A stretch of 64,000 nucleotides of DNA from Eledone cirrhosa (taxonomy: Eukaryota): NCBI GenBank assembly GCA_964016885.1, contig OZ024740.1, forward strand, positions 268,832,001 to 268,896,000, given 5' to 3'. This document shows, piece after piece, positions 26,996 through 42,106 of the stretch; the first letter of the stretch is position 1, and each line of letters begins with the position of its first letter. The translations under genes and the position numbers were made by a program. The notes beneath the pieces were generated by a model. That model was not told the origin of the DNA, ran no database searches, and worked only from the letters and a program-made list of their open reading frames with translations.

Positions 26996-28419
26996 TATGC
27001 TGCAGTGGAAAGAACTGAATGGCACGTATGAGCAACTGCTGGTCTTCCAAAATGACCCTTCCGAGGCTGATGCAAACTTATGGTTAATAAATTTATTGCT
27101 GCATCACATAAATATACTGATCAATAGAAAACTGATATTCCAGTGTCGGGAAACATTCCGAGAATATTTAATAAGAACAAAACACACAATTAAAAGGAAC
27201 AGAAAGGGAAGAAGAAAAAAGAAAATGAAAAGGAGAAAAAAGATGGATCAAGCAACGAATGTAGATTAGAGGGATAGTCATTACACCCCAGTCTGAGCTG
27301 CGCCCTATAGACAAAAGAGCAAAAGTGTTACCGTGGAGAATGGTCAGAGACATTCGCTGCAACAGGGATCCTCCTTAAGCGGGCAGCCGTCTTTCCGACT
27401 TTACGGAGGAAATCAACAGTGCTAGGATTAAGAACGCCAGAGGCATCGATGGAGACTGGTGCAGAGAGGAAGCGGTGGATCAGCCAATTTCTCTTCGCTA
27501 TTAAATGAAAACAAAATTGTTATAAACCATTAACTACTATTTTCCCACCATGTCAAATATTTCCATGGTAGTCTCCGAGACGGGATAAACATATTCTATT
27601 TCAAAGAGGCTAGGTCACGAATATGAGGTAACACATTTTCAGGCTCCAATCCCATTTCCTTGCACCCCCACTACCCGGGACCGATGCCCGTAATGCAGAA
27701 GAGCCGGAGATAACAAAATGGGATTTGGCGGACGCTTCATTTTTGTGCTAATTGCCACTGAAAGCTTCGGAACATGCACACGACATCGGAACATGCACAC
27801 GCCTCATAAGAAAGGAGGTTGCAAGGTGGAATAACTGAAGCAACAGTTGTCACTCACTGTTCTCCGTGTTCGCTGTTTTGTCCGCTGAGCGCAGCTAAGA
27901 TGTATTACCCTGGCACATGTGTAGAATTTGCCTCGCCTTTTACTCTTCCCCACTTTAAAAACTTTTTTCTTTCTTTTTTCTCCTTTTACACACTTTTCTC
28001 TGTCATTCTTTATTATTCAGATATTTTTAAACTGTTCAAATGAAAATATATTTGATTTCCGTTTCAGAAAGAAATTCATGAGAGCATTTTAATTTGGTTG
28101 TATCAAATATCCTAACACTAATTTATCTTTGCATGCGGATTGCAACTCTGTTATTTATCATCCGTTATATTTTTATCCCACTTTATTTATTTATTCATTT
28201 CAACTTTTCTTTCATTTTTCCCCTTTAATTTCGACATTTTTCTCGATTTTCTTCACCCTCTTTCCTGTTGTTACCGTGTTTGTAACACACTTATCCCTTC
28301 TCACATTGTTATTTCAACTGCCTCACACACATCCCCTTTTAGTTTTCCTTCACTCTTCCGTTATAATCTCTTCACGCATTCAATTATATACGTATAATTA
28401 GCAAGAAATACCACACGTT

Positions 28420-28580
28420 AGACGAGGAATTGGTAGAGTCGCTAGAACTTCGGTTAGAAAGCTTTGCGGTATTCGTTCTGGTACATTATGCATTCTGTTT
28501 AATGTCTACCTGTGTCAGCTGAGCTTATCATAGTTTTATGGTCGATAGATGAAGTACTATTCCAGTACTGGGGGCGAATT
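28420..28580 (+). mobile_element. Highly degenerate SINE
   Basis: ggaattggtagagtcgctaga...ggtcgatagatgaagtact resembles the other copies. Confidence 0.5.
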
Positions 28581-28689
28581 CATTCATTCTTTCTTTCGTT
28601 AAAAGAGATTGACTATGTTCCTCTATGGGGATGGGTGGAATTAAACTGCACCCAAAACGCAATGGTGCTGATTGACTTTCTGGGCTTTT

Positions 28690-29060
28690 TTAGATAATTT
28701 CCTGCACCTTCCACACAGCAGAATTACCCTCTTCCCATTTGAGGGAGGTAAATCCCTTATCTGGGACACGGCATGCTGCGACATGTTCTCTGCCTCCATC
28801 CTAGTAGCTTCAGTCACAGACCCTAGTACCGCGGCTCGCAATTCAGAGGGTTTGCTCGGCCGCTTCTTTGCACCGGTTCCCTTCGAGACCTCAGGCGTCC
28901 TCAGATCCTGTACAACTAACCTCCGCCATGAAATTGGAATAACACCATCTCGTCTGAGGAAGGAGCCCCACGAGGTGGATTGGCCGTTGCAGCGTGTGGC
29001 TGTTGGCCCTTGTCCGCGGCAATGCCTTTTTCCACTTTGCCCGCAAGTGCAATCAACACA
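28690..29060 (+). pseudogene. CRE-like non-LTR retrotransposon, restriction-like endonuclease C-terminal remnant
   Basis: ITLFPFEGGKSLIWDTACCDMFSAS...AARNSE...FAPVPFETSG resembles TLxPWxxGKxLxWDxTCxDTxAxS...AAxxAE...FxPxAxETxG. Confidence 0.7.
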
Positions 29061-30315
29061 CCACTCTACCTTAACTGTAGAGTCTATCCCCCTCTCCCCT
29101 TCCCCCTTCCTTTCATTATTTAACATTACTTGCCCTTTCCTTCTTTTTCCTCTCTTTTGTTGCTTGGCTTTTTTTTATTAACTATTCTCAACCTTGAAAA
29201 TAAAATTCTTTAATTGATTATATATGACGTTTTTGTGATCTAAAATCTAATGTTTTATAAATTCGTCATACAAATAATAAACGGATGAACTACTAATTAT
29301 GAGAAAGGATACAAAGCTCTTGTATTCTTAAATAACTGTTGAAATCCATTTTCCGATAGTTATAATGTTAGTGCTATACTTTTGCAGAAAATTAATTGTG
29401 TCCTGTTCATATTAATTGGGCGCCTTTTTGTTTCCAGTGTCCCCTGAAACTAAAATTAAATTCTGTTAACGCTGACAAGAGAAGAGGAAAAATCACTAAA
29501 GAAAGAGATTTACACAAATACATAAGTTAAAATAAAGCAAACAAATAAACAAACAAAAGAAACAAAAACTCTAACGGTTAAAGGGAAAGTGTACTTTGAG
29601 GGAGTTCTTTCATGGAAATTATAGGAAAAAAGCATTTTTTTTTTCTGTTTTAATTTTGTAATTTCTTCAATTGTTCACAGGTATGTCTTTTTAAATTTCG
29701 AGTGGTGTATGTGCAACTCTAAAGATAATATGTGAAATAGAATACATGTCGTTGGTGTTTCATCTTACTTTTATGGCGCCCGTTATATTCGACAGTTAAA
29801 TAGCTTTAGTTCCAGAAGATTCTGAAAACGAAAGCCGCCATTAATCTTTCTGTCTTGTTTTTATAAATATTCGATAGACTTTGGTAAATAATAATAAAGT
29901 TTTTCTCACATTAATTACGAGTGTAACATGTATATTTGGGGGATAGAACTTCAATAAAACAAACTTACACTGAAAGCCCTTCAATGTGTTGCTAGCCTTC
30001 AATTTATTTTACAATAAATTAAATTTTATTTGCAAGGTTAAGCGCTTTCACATTTCAACTTTAGAAACCCCATAAGTGTCAGTTTTAAGGGACATTGGTG
30101 ACTTAAGAAATCCCCAGAGTTGCACATTCCAGAAGTTCTAGAAAGGAGGAAGAACCATTTTTTTTTTCATTTCTTTTAGTATTTACTTTTTTGAAAAACA
30201 TATAAACTAAATATATAAATCGTGTATCTCTTACAAATAATATGAACATTATTTTTTAAATAATACATTTATACAGAGTTACCATTATTCTGTTCCAAGA
30301 AATTGTCCATCTTTT

Positions 30316-30344
30316 TCCTGAGCAACGTCGGGATTTACTGCTAG
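30316..30344 (+). mobile_element. Helitron-like 3' terminus
   Basis: tcctgagcaacgtcggga hairpin plus CTAG, the same motif as 14684-14713. Confidence 0.55.
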
Positions 30345-30859
30345 GATATATATATAAGAGGGCATGTTTGTTTATTTGTTTCTATAGAAAATAATAACTT
30401 CATAATAATCAGTTTGTTTTTATAAGAAAACTAATGGTGCTATTTGTTGTATATTTGGAGTAGATTTTAATGATAAAATTGACATTTACATTTAAAAAGC
30501 TTTTACAGATTGAAATTGTCTCCTTTGCCCTTAGAATGTTAAGACATTTGCCAGTACAGACATCATATGTAAACTTTTATTTCCTGTTCAAATCAGAATG
30601 AAAAATGTTTTGTGAGAAAAATTTGAACGCCTTGTTCAAGGTCAAACTTGTTATGGATTTTTACATAATATTACGTAAATGTAATGCATTATTCATTCTA
30701 ATATTCATAAATAATTGATCAAATATCTATTAGTGGGTAACATTGCAGTCATAAGTTTGCAAAACATCCATCGTGTTTTGTGTAGTTGATGTTAATAATT
30801 CTAACTTCTGTCTATAAATATTTGATGAATTATTAACAACAGTATTTTGTATTTATAAG

Positions 30860-32812
30860 AGCAAAGACTCCCATGGGAAGGTGGATTGGGTGGACCAAAG
30901 CTATACGGACCCCCTAAAACAATGATCAGGTAAGGAAAATGGTCGCACATGCAATAGGGGTTAGTCACAAAACTAACCTAAAGAGCCACATATTCAAACT
31001 CAACGAGAAGATCTACACCCAAAATGAAGGAGCAGCCATTGGCGTCAGCATAGCTGGTGACGTTGCCAACCTTTTTATGGTATGGTGGGAAATAAGATTC
31101 AAAGATCTCCTTAATGAGAGCTCCATAGACCTCATCATGTACTCTCGTTACGTAGACGACATCAATATAGTAATAACGACATCCCCACAGGAGAGCACTA
31201 ACAAGTTTGATTTAGAACGTAGCACAATGGAAAGCATCCAGCAGATAGCTAATTCCATACACCAGAGTATAACTGTAACTATCGACTACCCTTCCAAACC
31301 ACCCTAACAATCGACTACCTGTATTAGACACGGAACTCTGGATTAACACTATAGACGAGAGAGCCCAAATTCTCCACTCACACTATGCTAAACCCATGGC
31401 CTCCAAATACCTGATACTCAAAAACTCAGCAATGTCCAGTAGTGCTAAGTTTAATATTCTGATCGGAGACTTGGTACGAGTAATGAAGAACGTGTCCCGC
31501 ATGTGCGACCCAACAGAAATGGAAAGGCACATCCAACACTTCATCAACCGCATGCAGTTCTCTGGCTGCAACCAAAGAGACAGAATCAGAGTATACAAAG
31601 GAGCCACGGAGAAGTATATGATCCTCATAGAACTGGACATGAAAGGAATCTGCCCATTATACAGGAGCAAATCCTGGAATAGCTTAGATAGGGCTAGACA
31701 TAAGATAGGGAAAGCCACCTCATGGTATGACAACCAGAGATACCAGAGTGCCATGTTTGTGGACACTACCTCTGGAGGGAAATTAGCTAACCAGTGTCGA
31801 AAGTCCCTGAGAAAGACCCACTTAAAGATTAAGGTGGTAGAAAAGCCAGGAACCACCATAAAATCCCTGATCAGCAAAACCTACCCTTTTAAGAAAACCC
31901 ACTGTACTAATAGGAAATGTATCATATGTAAAGTAAACCCCCGGGTAAACTGTAAAACTAGAAACGTAGTCTATAGCATAAGATGTACAGAGGGTACTTG
32001 CAGAAACATGACAACAACATACATAGGCCAGACAGCTCGTAGCATAGGTGAAAGGATAGACCAACACTGGGGGGAACTAAAAGGACGAAAAAAACGGTTC
32101 AGTACTATACGAACATGCCAGACAACAACACGATGGTAACATAGACAACATAGAAATTAGAATAATATCTAAACATAGAAATGACCCAGCAGATAGGCAA
32201 ATCAGAGAGGCCAGCGAAATAGAACTTAGAAGGCCAAGGCTAAACAGAAAAAATGAATGGAATAACAACACCCAAACAAACAACACTGACCTAAGAGAAG
32301 TATAAATGAATAAATAGATAAATACATACACATGCACAATAACAACAAACATATATAAACACACACCAGTAAACTAAGATAGAATACAATAACCAAACAC
32401 GAACACACATCAAACAAAACACTATACACACACGCAAAGGCATGCGCAGAGAAGACAAAAAAATAAATAAACAAACTAAATAAAGATGGCGTAAGCATAC
32501 CATGCAACGGCGGGAGGAAACATAATAGCACCACCGACGATGTTGCAGATGTGCAACGAAAGAACTTTGTTAGACTGTGTATGTGTTTGGGTCTATATTG
32601 TATCTGTATTTTTGACCGTTGGTCAGTCAATGGTAACATTGAGGACCGAATAAATTAAATTAACCGATATAAAAGACACAGAAGCGAAAACCAACCAAAC
32701 AGTGAGTGTGTTCTGTTATTAATTCTGGCAATATTATTACACAAATATGACCCTCCCCAAGTATAACAATATTTGTTTCGACACGATTTCATATCAAAAA
32801 CCTCGCAAAACT
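30860..32812 (+). mobile_element. 5'-truncated PLE, family B (different clade from the Naiad-like copies)
   Basis: RT QNEGAAIGVSIAGDVANLFM, YSRYVDD, LPVLD, HYAKPM; linker CTNRKCIIC...C; VVYSIRC...YIGQT; 3' UTR with HHR core (CCGACGA) at 32534-32567. Confidence 0.9.
30939..32290 (+). pseudogene. PLE RT plus GIY-YIG, frameshifted
   Basis: ORFs 30939-31307 and 31396-32139 plus a third frame ending RQIREA...LNRKNEWN. Confidence 0.88.
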
Positions 32813-32825
32813 AATATATATATAT

Positions 32826-33043
32826 ATTAAAATAACAGATTAAAGTTTAAGCAAAGAATCGGTGCTTTCACCGTTAACGGGATCTTCTAAAGATCCCTTT
32901 AATTGTGAAAGCAGCGATTCTTTGCTTAAACTTTAATCTGTTATTCGAATAAATATGTGCTCTGGGGTTCTTATATATTTGATATATATTTATCCTTATC
33001 GAGCCCTCTTTGAATTTTAGTCTTCACATTTATTATTATTACT

Positions 33044-33060
<17 letters not shown>
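32826..33060. mobile_element. Fold-back pLTR fragment, family A
   Basis: Inverted arms joined inside the HHR core. Confidence 0.78.
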
Positions 33061-33099
<39 letters not shown>

Positions 33100-33107
<8 letters not shown>

Positions 33108-33500
33108 TATATTTTGAGAAGAAACTCTCAGTCGTTTACAATAATTAAGCTCCAGGAAAAGGGGCTCTTCCGAGCAGTTAAATACATTTAAAATATATGA
33201 TAAACACGAAATGTGTTTATATTACAACAGACAAAGTTAGCTATTAATGAAATAAACTAATTCAAGTGAATACAATTTGTCTGTCTCGATATAAGTCAAT
33301 AAAGACAAGCTTATATTGAACAGGTTTGAATTTTGAAATCTGAATCTGTCCAGGAATCATGGCCGTTGCCAATATAAGCTTGTCTTTATTGACTTATATC
33401 GAGACAGATAAATTGTATTCACTTTAATTAGTTTATTTCATTAATAGCTAACTTTGTCTGTTGCAATATAAACACATTTCGTGTTTATCATATATTTTAA

Positions 33501-33506
<6 letters not shown>
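33100..33506. mobile_element. Fold-back element (arms 33182-33319 / 33371-33506) with tail
   Basis: ~136-bp arms, TA flanks, tail carrying the bulged hairpin at 33149-33175. Confidence 0.65.
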
Positions 33507-33554
<48 letters not shown>

Positions 33555-33555
<1 letters not shown>

Positions 33556-34412
33556 CCCTTTTAAGAAAACCCACTGTACTAATAGGAAATGTATTATATG
33601 TAAACTGTAAAACTAGTAACGTAGTCTATAGCTTAAGATGTACAGAGGGTACTCGCAGAAACATGACAACAACATACATAGGCGAGACTGCTCGTAGCAT
33701 AGGTGAAAGGATAGACCAACACTGGGAGGTACCAAAAGGACGAAAATACGGTTCAGTGCTATACGAACACGCCAGACAACAATACCACGGTAACATAGAC
33801 AACATAGAAATTAAAATAATATCTGAACATAGAAATGACCCAGCAGATAGGCAAATCAGAGAGGCCAGTGAAATAGAACCTAGAAGGCCAAAGCTAAACA
33901 GAAACAAAATGAATGGAATAACAACACCCAAACAAACAACACTGACCTAAGAGAAGTATAAATAAATAAATACATACACAACCACAATAACAACAAACGC
34001 ATATAAACACACACTAGTAAACTAAGATAGAATACAATAAACGAAACACAGTCACCCAAACGCGAACACACATCAAACACTATACACACACGCAAATGCA
34101 TGCGCGGAGAAGACAAAAATAAATAAATAAATAAACAGATTAAATAAAGATGGTGTAGACATACAATACAACAGGAGGAAACGTAATAGCACCACTGACG
34201 ATGTTGCAGATGTGCAACGAAAGAACTTTGTTAGACTATATATATGTGTTTGTGTCTATATTATATCTGTATTTTTGACCGTTGGTCAGTCAATGGTAAA
34301 CATTGAGGACCGAATGAATTAACTGATATAAAAGATACAGAAGGGAAAACCAACCAAACAGTGAGTGTGTTCTGTTATTAATTCTGGCAATATTATTACA
34401 AGTATAACAATA
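33555..34412 (+). mobile_element. PLE family B, second 3' copy
   Basis: Near-identical to 31883-32770; YIGETARSIGERIDQH. Confidence 0.9.
34186..34239 (+). ncRNA. Minimal hammerhead ribozyme motif, family B
   Basis: CTGACGA-tgttgca gatg tgcaac-GAAAGAACTT; stem I imperfect. Confidence 0.65.
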
Positions 34413-35030
<618 letters not shown>

Positions 35031-36750
35031 TGTGCTTGCACATAACTGTGTATGCATACGTATATGCAGTTATGTGAATGTGCATACGGGTGTGTATGTT
35101 TGCATGTATGAATATGCTTGTACCTGTGTCTTTGCATACTTTAACCACTCTTTCCACCTATTCATTTATTTGCTCTCTAAATTCTTATCTAACTCCATTG
35201 CTTCCATTAAAGTAATAATTCGTACCTTTATTCATGCTTTTTTTATGTAAAACTATCTAAACCTTCCCAGGATACTGTTGTGTGTGTTTGTGTGAATGCA
35301 GTATGCTTACACATAGTATATACTGTACACCTTATCACTGGTAACGAAGCCATATAATCCACTTTACCTATTTTTGTATTGATCTATTCTAACTGATCTT
35401 ATTTGATTCTATTTACTAAATTATTTAACCATTTACTGATTGACTTCTATATAACTCACTTTTTAGTGTTAATTATTTAATTAAAAATACTCCTTCAGCC
35501 TATAAACCTTGTCTATATATAACCTTCACCCTCACCCCACACCTATATTCCTTGACCATTATGCCTCTTCTCTTCCTACTCCATTCCTACCAACTAACCA
35601 CCTCTACCACCACCCGCACTACTTTCTTTTCTTGACCCCTGACCTCTCCAGATACACTAACAATTCTCTGCCCCACCGCACACACACTTTGTCCATCAGA
35701 CCAGTTTACAACTATGATAAATTCAACCACAGCATTACCAAGACAAGTAACCTATCTTTCCACACCTACAAATATTACTAGCCGTTTCGAAAAGGCTTGC
35801 TGAACACACAAGCCGAAACTGCTTGACGTGGGGGTCGGGATTTTACCTATCTCTACACCCTCTCTGCATCCCACTATGCAGTGAGTACTCCCATGATTAG
35901 TGGCAAATACTGTGAAAATTATTTTATTGTAAATCTATGTCATTGATAGGTGCGTACTCACACATCTGCTACGACGATCGCTGTTGCAGTATTTTCTTCA
36001 ATATAATTTAGAGAATTTTACAAACATTGTATTTCAATGGAGCTTTTATATATGTTGATTCGTGGCAAACAAATACTTAGTGTATTTCTTTATCAAATAT
36101 TATGCAAAACTCAGACGAATCTTTAAACATCGACTTTATTATTCTATAGTGAAATAGAAATGTTTCTGAAAAGTTTGAGACGAATGAATGAGAAAAAATA
36201 AACTTTTGAAACATATTTGTGACATAATATTTCTTGTCTAATTGGACTATTTGTATTACATTTTTTACATTTCATGCTTCTTAGTAAAAATGAAATCCCA
36301 CTTAACCTTTGATAACCTGGGTCACTAAGTTGTAAATACCTGCCCTTGTCTGGTTCACATATCATTTATAAGTTGCCATAGTACTGCAGAATCAACATAG
36401 GTATTCGTTTGGATACGTTAATCAATATAGGCTTTCCTTGAGGCCCACATTACGAGTACTATAGTAAACTGGATTCAAAATATAGTTTTATTCTTTTAAT
36501 GGTTTCCATCATTAGACTGTAGACCATACTGGACATATTCAAGGACATTAGTAGTTATATCGACTCCAGTACTGCAGCTGGTACTTATTGGTTGCTGTCG
36601 TAAATAATTATGATCTTTGGACAATGTGACGAAATTTATACGGATGCAATTACAAGGTATTTTTGTTATCTACACCCATTCTATCATCCATCGCCGATAC
36701 GCACTGACATCGTTACTTTCCCTTCCTCTCTCACACATGCTAATACACAT

Positions 36751-36793
<43 letters not shown>

Positions 36794-36929
36794 CACATGT
36801 ATGTATATATATATATATATATGTCATTACCTGATTTATATATATATATATATTTCCCACTCTACTACCCTTAGAATTGAGTACTCTAGTGCGTTATGGT
36901 CCATCTGGTTCCTTACCACATTTCCTTTG

Positions 36930-36992
<63 letters not shown>

Positions 36993-36996
36993 CAAC

Positions 36997-37400
<404 letters not shown>

Positions 37401-37499
37401 AGGATTTTAAAATTCGCTAGATGTTTGTAAACAAAGCCTGCTTTGTGTCTCCTTATTTATATACTTATATAATTATATATATATGTGTGTGTGTGTTTA

Positions 37500-38820
37500 T
37501 GTATAATTAGTTACAACAGTGACATATACAGGTACTTAAGTTTCTTTGGTTATACATCACAACTCATTCAGCCTGTTATATACAATACAAATGGCTACTT
37601 CCACAGAACATCCGGAGAGTTGTACAAGGGCTGGTAGTCTTGAATTTAGCTATAAAGAAACAAACCTTTTAGATAGTGTGAAGGGAGGGAACTATATAAA
37701 CAATAGATGGGAGGGGGCATCTTATTGAAAGTTAGTCTTCTCTAAAGCATTTTCTCAGAATGAATTTCGCTTCGTGTGGAGAGCGACTAAAGCAGTCGAG
37801 GTGCTTAAGCAGTGTTTCTCTGAAGCCAGTTGCGAGAGTATATTCCAATTGTCCGAGTTACACAGGTGGCAAAATGTAGTCCCATTATTATAGGGCTGGA
37901 TTTTCTACTACACTCCATTAAATGGAAAATACTGTACCGTTATTTTTAAGGTTCCACACATGGTTCGCGAGCTTAGTGGCATGTTTCTTGTCAGGATGTC
38001 TGAAGGTTGTTTCATGGTTCAGGTACCGGATTCTGAACCGGCTCTCAGACATTCCGACATAAGTCCAGGCTTCAATTTAGTGGTTCTGGTTGTTGGAGTT
38101 CACTTCTGCTTGATATATCACCGCTGGAGTGTTGCACTTTTGATCTGGTTGGCATGTTTCTGACCTTCTGCATGAGCATCCGTAAGGCTTTTGTGTTTTC
38201 CGGTGACGTGCGATTTTATGTCATTGGTACAAGATTAGCTTATTTTCATTCTATGGTGATTCAATAATTGTCGGCCACAAGGGTAGTAAAGATCTAGGAG
38301 GATTATGAATGTTCTACCTACATTAAGTGCAAAGGGTCGCACGAACCACACGACGTCTTTTTGTTTAGGTATTTTCTTTTAGATGTAGAGCGGTGATCTG
38401 GAGAGTAAGTGATTCTTTCGGAGAAGCCGCTGTTTCTTATGGCTTAGTTATAGTAGGGTGCTGCCCTGTCAAAGATGGATTTGCTTGAAGAGAGTTTGGA
38501 TACCATCTTCCTGCTGTTATTAAGATTTTTAAAAACTATAGTGGGGTGCCTAGAGTCCTTTTGAATGTATCTGAGTTTCTTACTGGTTTTATGAAATGAT
38601 TTGTAAGTGAGTTTACTTAGGTCTAAATTAACGTCTAGGAAGTTATCACTGGTGAGGTTGGTACTTATTGAAATGTTTAAGTCTAGGTTGCTGAAGTCAG
38701 TAATCAGGCTTTTTCTAAATGTGTCGAAGTCATGGCAACTTTTATGGCTTGATGGTGCCAAACAGTCATCACGATATAGGCTCGTATCCAGAGTGTTTAA
38801 CCATGTATGTACCAACGTGT
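37500..38820 (-). mobile_element. Degenerate Naiad-like PLE
   Basis: LYRDDCL, NFLDVNLDL, SRHP, KLSSSKSIFDRAAPYYN; GIY-YIG tail ATKLANHVWNLK...FCHLCN; HHR in 3' UTR. Confidence 0.85.
37525..37580 (-). ncRNA. Hammerhead ribozyme with 1-nt core insertion
   Basis: acagg-CTGAATGA-(19 nt)-GAAACTTAAGTA-cctgt; palindromic stem III. Confidence 0.65.
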
Positions 38821-39369
38821 ATAAATATATATTCATATCTAATATGTAGGCATGGAAACATGCCAGAAATACGAATTTTCCTGTAAATTGAAAACAATGA
38901 TAAACCTAATTAATCTGAGGCTGTGGTAATTTGAACTTGGAACCATCTGATTACGTTGCATGATATGATAGACCTTTTGGTCATGCTCCAATTCTGTGCC
39001 CATAATCTTGTCTTTAATGATTTAAATAGGCAAAGGCTTTTATACGCCCTTTTAATAATGAATTTATGTAAATTTTTCTTGTGTAACTAAACATATTTGC
39101 TTTATTTGTTGTTTACCCTTTGGTAGCTCTGATCTAGCAGACATATGCTCAAAGATTATTACCATTCCGTCTTTGCTTTTCAGGAATAGTGACTCCGGGG
39201 CTTGATGCATGGAATGCATGGTCCCGCAACTCCTGATGGAATATTAGGGGTGCCATATTTACATACGGCGTTTCTAAGGCATTTTAAACCCGTTGGAGCC
39301 AATCTCCTCGCCAGGCTAGAATACAACAGATTTATTCCAGATAAAAAAAAGCGAGTAACAGAGAGGAAG

Positions 39370-39525
39370 TGTGAAAGAGATATAAAAGAGGCATCGACCC
39401 CACTATTAGACTGGTACTTATTTTATCGACCTCGAATGAATGAAAGGCAAAGTTGAACTCGGTGAGATTCGAACTCACAGAGCAAATAGCAGAAATGAAT
39501 ACCGCAAAGCATTCTATCCGACGTT
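39370..39525 (-). mobile_element. tRNA-derived SINE, related subfamily
   Basis: Reverse complement of gagttcgaatc...aactttgcctttcattc...gaggtcgataaaataagtaccagt. Confidence 0.8.
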
Positions 39526-40166
39526 CTCGTTCTCTGAGCTGCATTATCTTATATTATAATTTGTAAGACAGTGAGAAGCAGTTTGATAGCAATTTTGTCA
39601 TTGTTAGCAAGGGACCAAATAGAAGCTCAGACGTAGAGTATCTTTCACTATAGTGTGTGTACCTTCGGCCAAATTAATCATAGAACTACTGAGTCATTAA
39701 TGTAACTATATCAGATTATTTTTCTCATGCAAGGCATGTTATATTACACCCCCTCCACAGACCATCCCCATCTGATTCGAGATTGTATTTCATGAAGTTC
39801 AGAGCATTTAGATATTATGTACTTGCTCTAAGAATACAAGTAAATATCTTGGATTTATCGATCTATCAAACACATAGTTCAAGATGAGAGGCTACGGACT
39901 ACAGTCTATTTGTGTTATCCCTTATGGAAGTAACTGAAAAGAAACATATTACATATCACCCTCATATTAACACACCAACAACTATATAATATCATGATTT
40001 TACATATTTTCTATAGGTTAGATGGATCGTTAGATGGATCGTATTCAGAATTACTCTCCTTATACTTGGATTGGGGACTATATTGCTCTCTCCTTTTGAT
40101 AGCCAACCATTTGATAGAATGTACATGGTGCAGACATACGCCAACACACACATATATATGTATATA

Positions 40167-40197
<31 letters not shown>

Positions 40198-41271
40198 TTG
40201 AAGAAAGAAGAGTATCATGGTTGGCTGTACAATAAGGGCTTTATTTAAAGTACTGACAATTGTTTCGTTGATCAGGTGTGTCTAGAGTTCGCTAATCGCC
40301 AATCGTTTGAGGTTGCGTCAATCGATCTCCAATACATCCACGACAAACTATCCACGACGTGGAGTTCTCTAACTGGATTACCTATAATGATAACTTGTTA
40401 TCCCATATATATATATATATATATAAATTTTACATCGATCTAAAGATAACAGAACAGGCATGTTTTAAAGAAAAAGCAGACAAAATAGAACCAATTTGAC
40501 AAAATGAAACAAAGCCACTGTACAAAATCTTAACAAATAGTCATGTAGAATAAAATGGATCTCACTGCACCTCTTACATAGGATAATATTTATATTGATA
40601 TTTATATGATATTTATTTTAATTCACATATTATAGTGCATATTATAGTGCATGTGATAGAGACAGTAGGATTGTACTACGGGAATTTTGTATGAAAGATA
40701 TATATATGAGTTTCTATAGTAATACAAATTTATAAAACTTATTATTTGTGTCTTTATAACAATAAATATCAAGATTATTATTCCAGAAAATCTATAGCAG
40801 CGAGTTAAGTGAGTTGACGTAGGACTGAAGCGATAGGACCAGATTTGTAAAATCTGGAGAAACGAGATTAATACTCAAAAATTTCAAAGAAAATGCAATA
40901 TGTATATGTGGAAATGGCAAAATCTAATTAATATTGAGAGAGAAATTAACAAAGGTGAGGCTATGAATATTACAAGTAAATGTCAAGAAGTAACACAGAT
41001 GCGAAATATGAAATATTAAAAGCATTTGATGAAAAATATAGAACTGTAATGTAATTATGTAAAATAATATCTGAGTATTCACAAGACTGGTCCATATGAT
41101 AAAACTAAATATAGATTATATTCTTGTTTTTAAAATCCAATGTCAATAAATACACCACGATTTTTTCATTCTGATGATTGAAAGCAAAATTTGTTTGCTT
41201 TTAAGAAACCACTGGTAAATAAAATAATTGCCTTATGTTGTTTACTACATAACTCTATATATATATATATA

Positions 41272-41819
41272 TGAACAAGTAAGACCCCGATGGCTGATCT
41301 CAAGCCGTTTCGACGGCTAATTCTGGACTGAGAAAAAAGTTCTCCATCTAAGTCTTTTCGCAAATAGATCGATTTTTTGCGTGAGCATCCGAAGGTAAAG
41401 TTTTTCGGTGGGATTGGGATGTTCTTAGTAGAGAAGTCGATGTTGTGTTTTCGCATGGTGCGGGTGAAAAAAATTGAGCTTAGCGGAAAAGTCTGGATAC
41501 GGCGTGGTAGGGTCGGAAAGTGCTCTACTACGGGGATAGGAGCTAGATAACGAAGGAAATGTGGTAAGGAACCAGGTGGACCATAACGCACCAAAGTACT
41601 CAATACTTAGGGTAGTAGAGTGGGTAATAGGAACAAGTAAGACCCCTACGGCTGAGCTCAAGCCGTTTCGACGGCTAATTCTGGACTAGAATTAGCCGTC
41701 GAAACGGCTTGAGCTCAGCCGTCGAGGCCTTACTTGTTCCTATTACCCACTCTACTACCCTAAGTATTGAGTACTTTGGTGCGTTATGGTCCACCTGGTT
41801 CCTTACAACATTTCTTTCG

Positions 41820-41823
<4 letters not shown>
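41272..41823 (-). mobile_element. PLE family C: pLTR fold-back, 5' UTR and ORF start, second pLTR piece
   Basis: Palindrome 41547-41823. Minus-strand ATG at 41456 gives MRKHNIDFSTKNIPIPPK, then after a frameshift LYLRMLTQKIDLFAKRLRWRTFF, homologous to the N-terminus at 19870. Confidence 0.85.
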
Positions 41824-41903
<80 letters not shown>

Positions 41904-41939
41904 ATATTAAATGTTGTATAACATTCGTCCATATATATA

Positions 41940-42106
41940 TAGTAATAATAGTAAATTTGAAGACTAAAATCCAAAGAGGTCTCGATAAGGATAATTATAT
42001 ATCAGATATATAAGAACGGTAGAGCAAATATTTATTAAAATAACAGATTAAAGTTATGAAAGCATCGATTCTTTGCTTAAAAATTAATCTGTTATTTTAA
42101 TAAATA
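41940..42106. mobile_element. Fold-back pLTR fragment, family A (co-duplicated at 49340-49500, 54621-54781, 56210-56373)
   Basis: Same sequence and same junction in all four copies. Confidence 0.8.

Noticed and set aside
29200-30850. Possible host exons in unique AT-rich DNA
   Set aside because: Isolated splice-like motifs only, with no coherent reading frame or recognisable protein.
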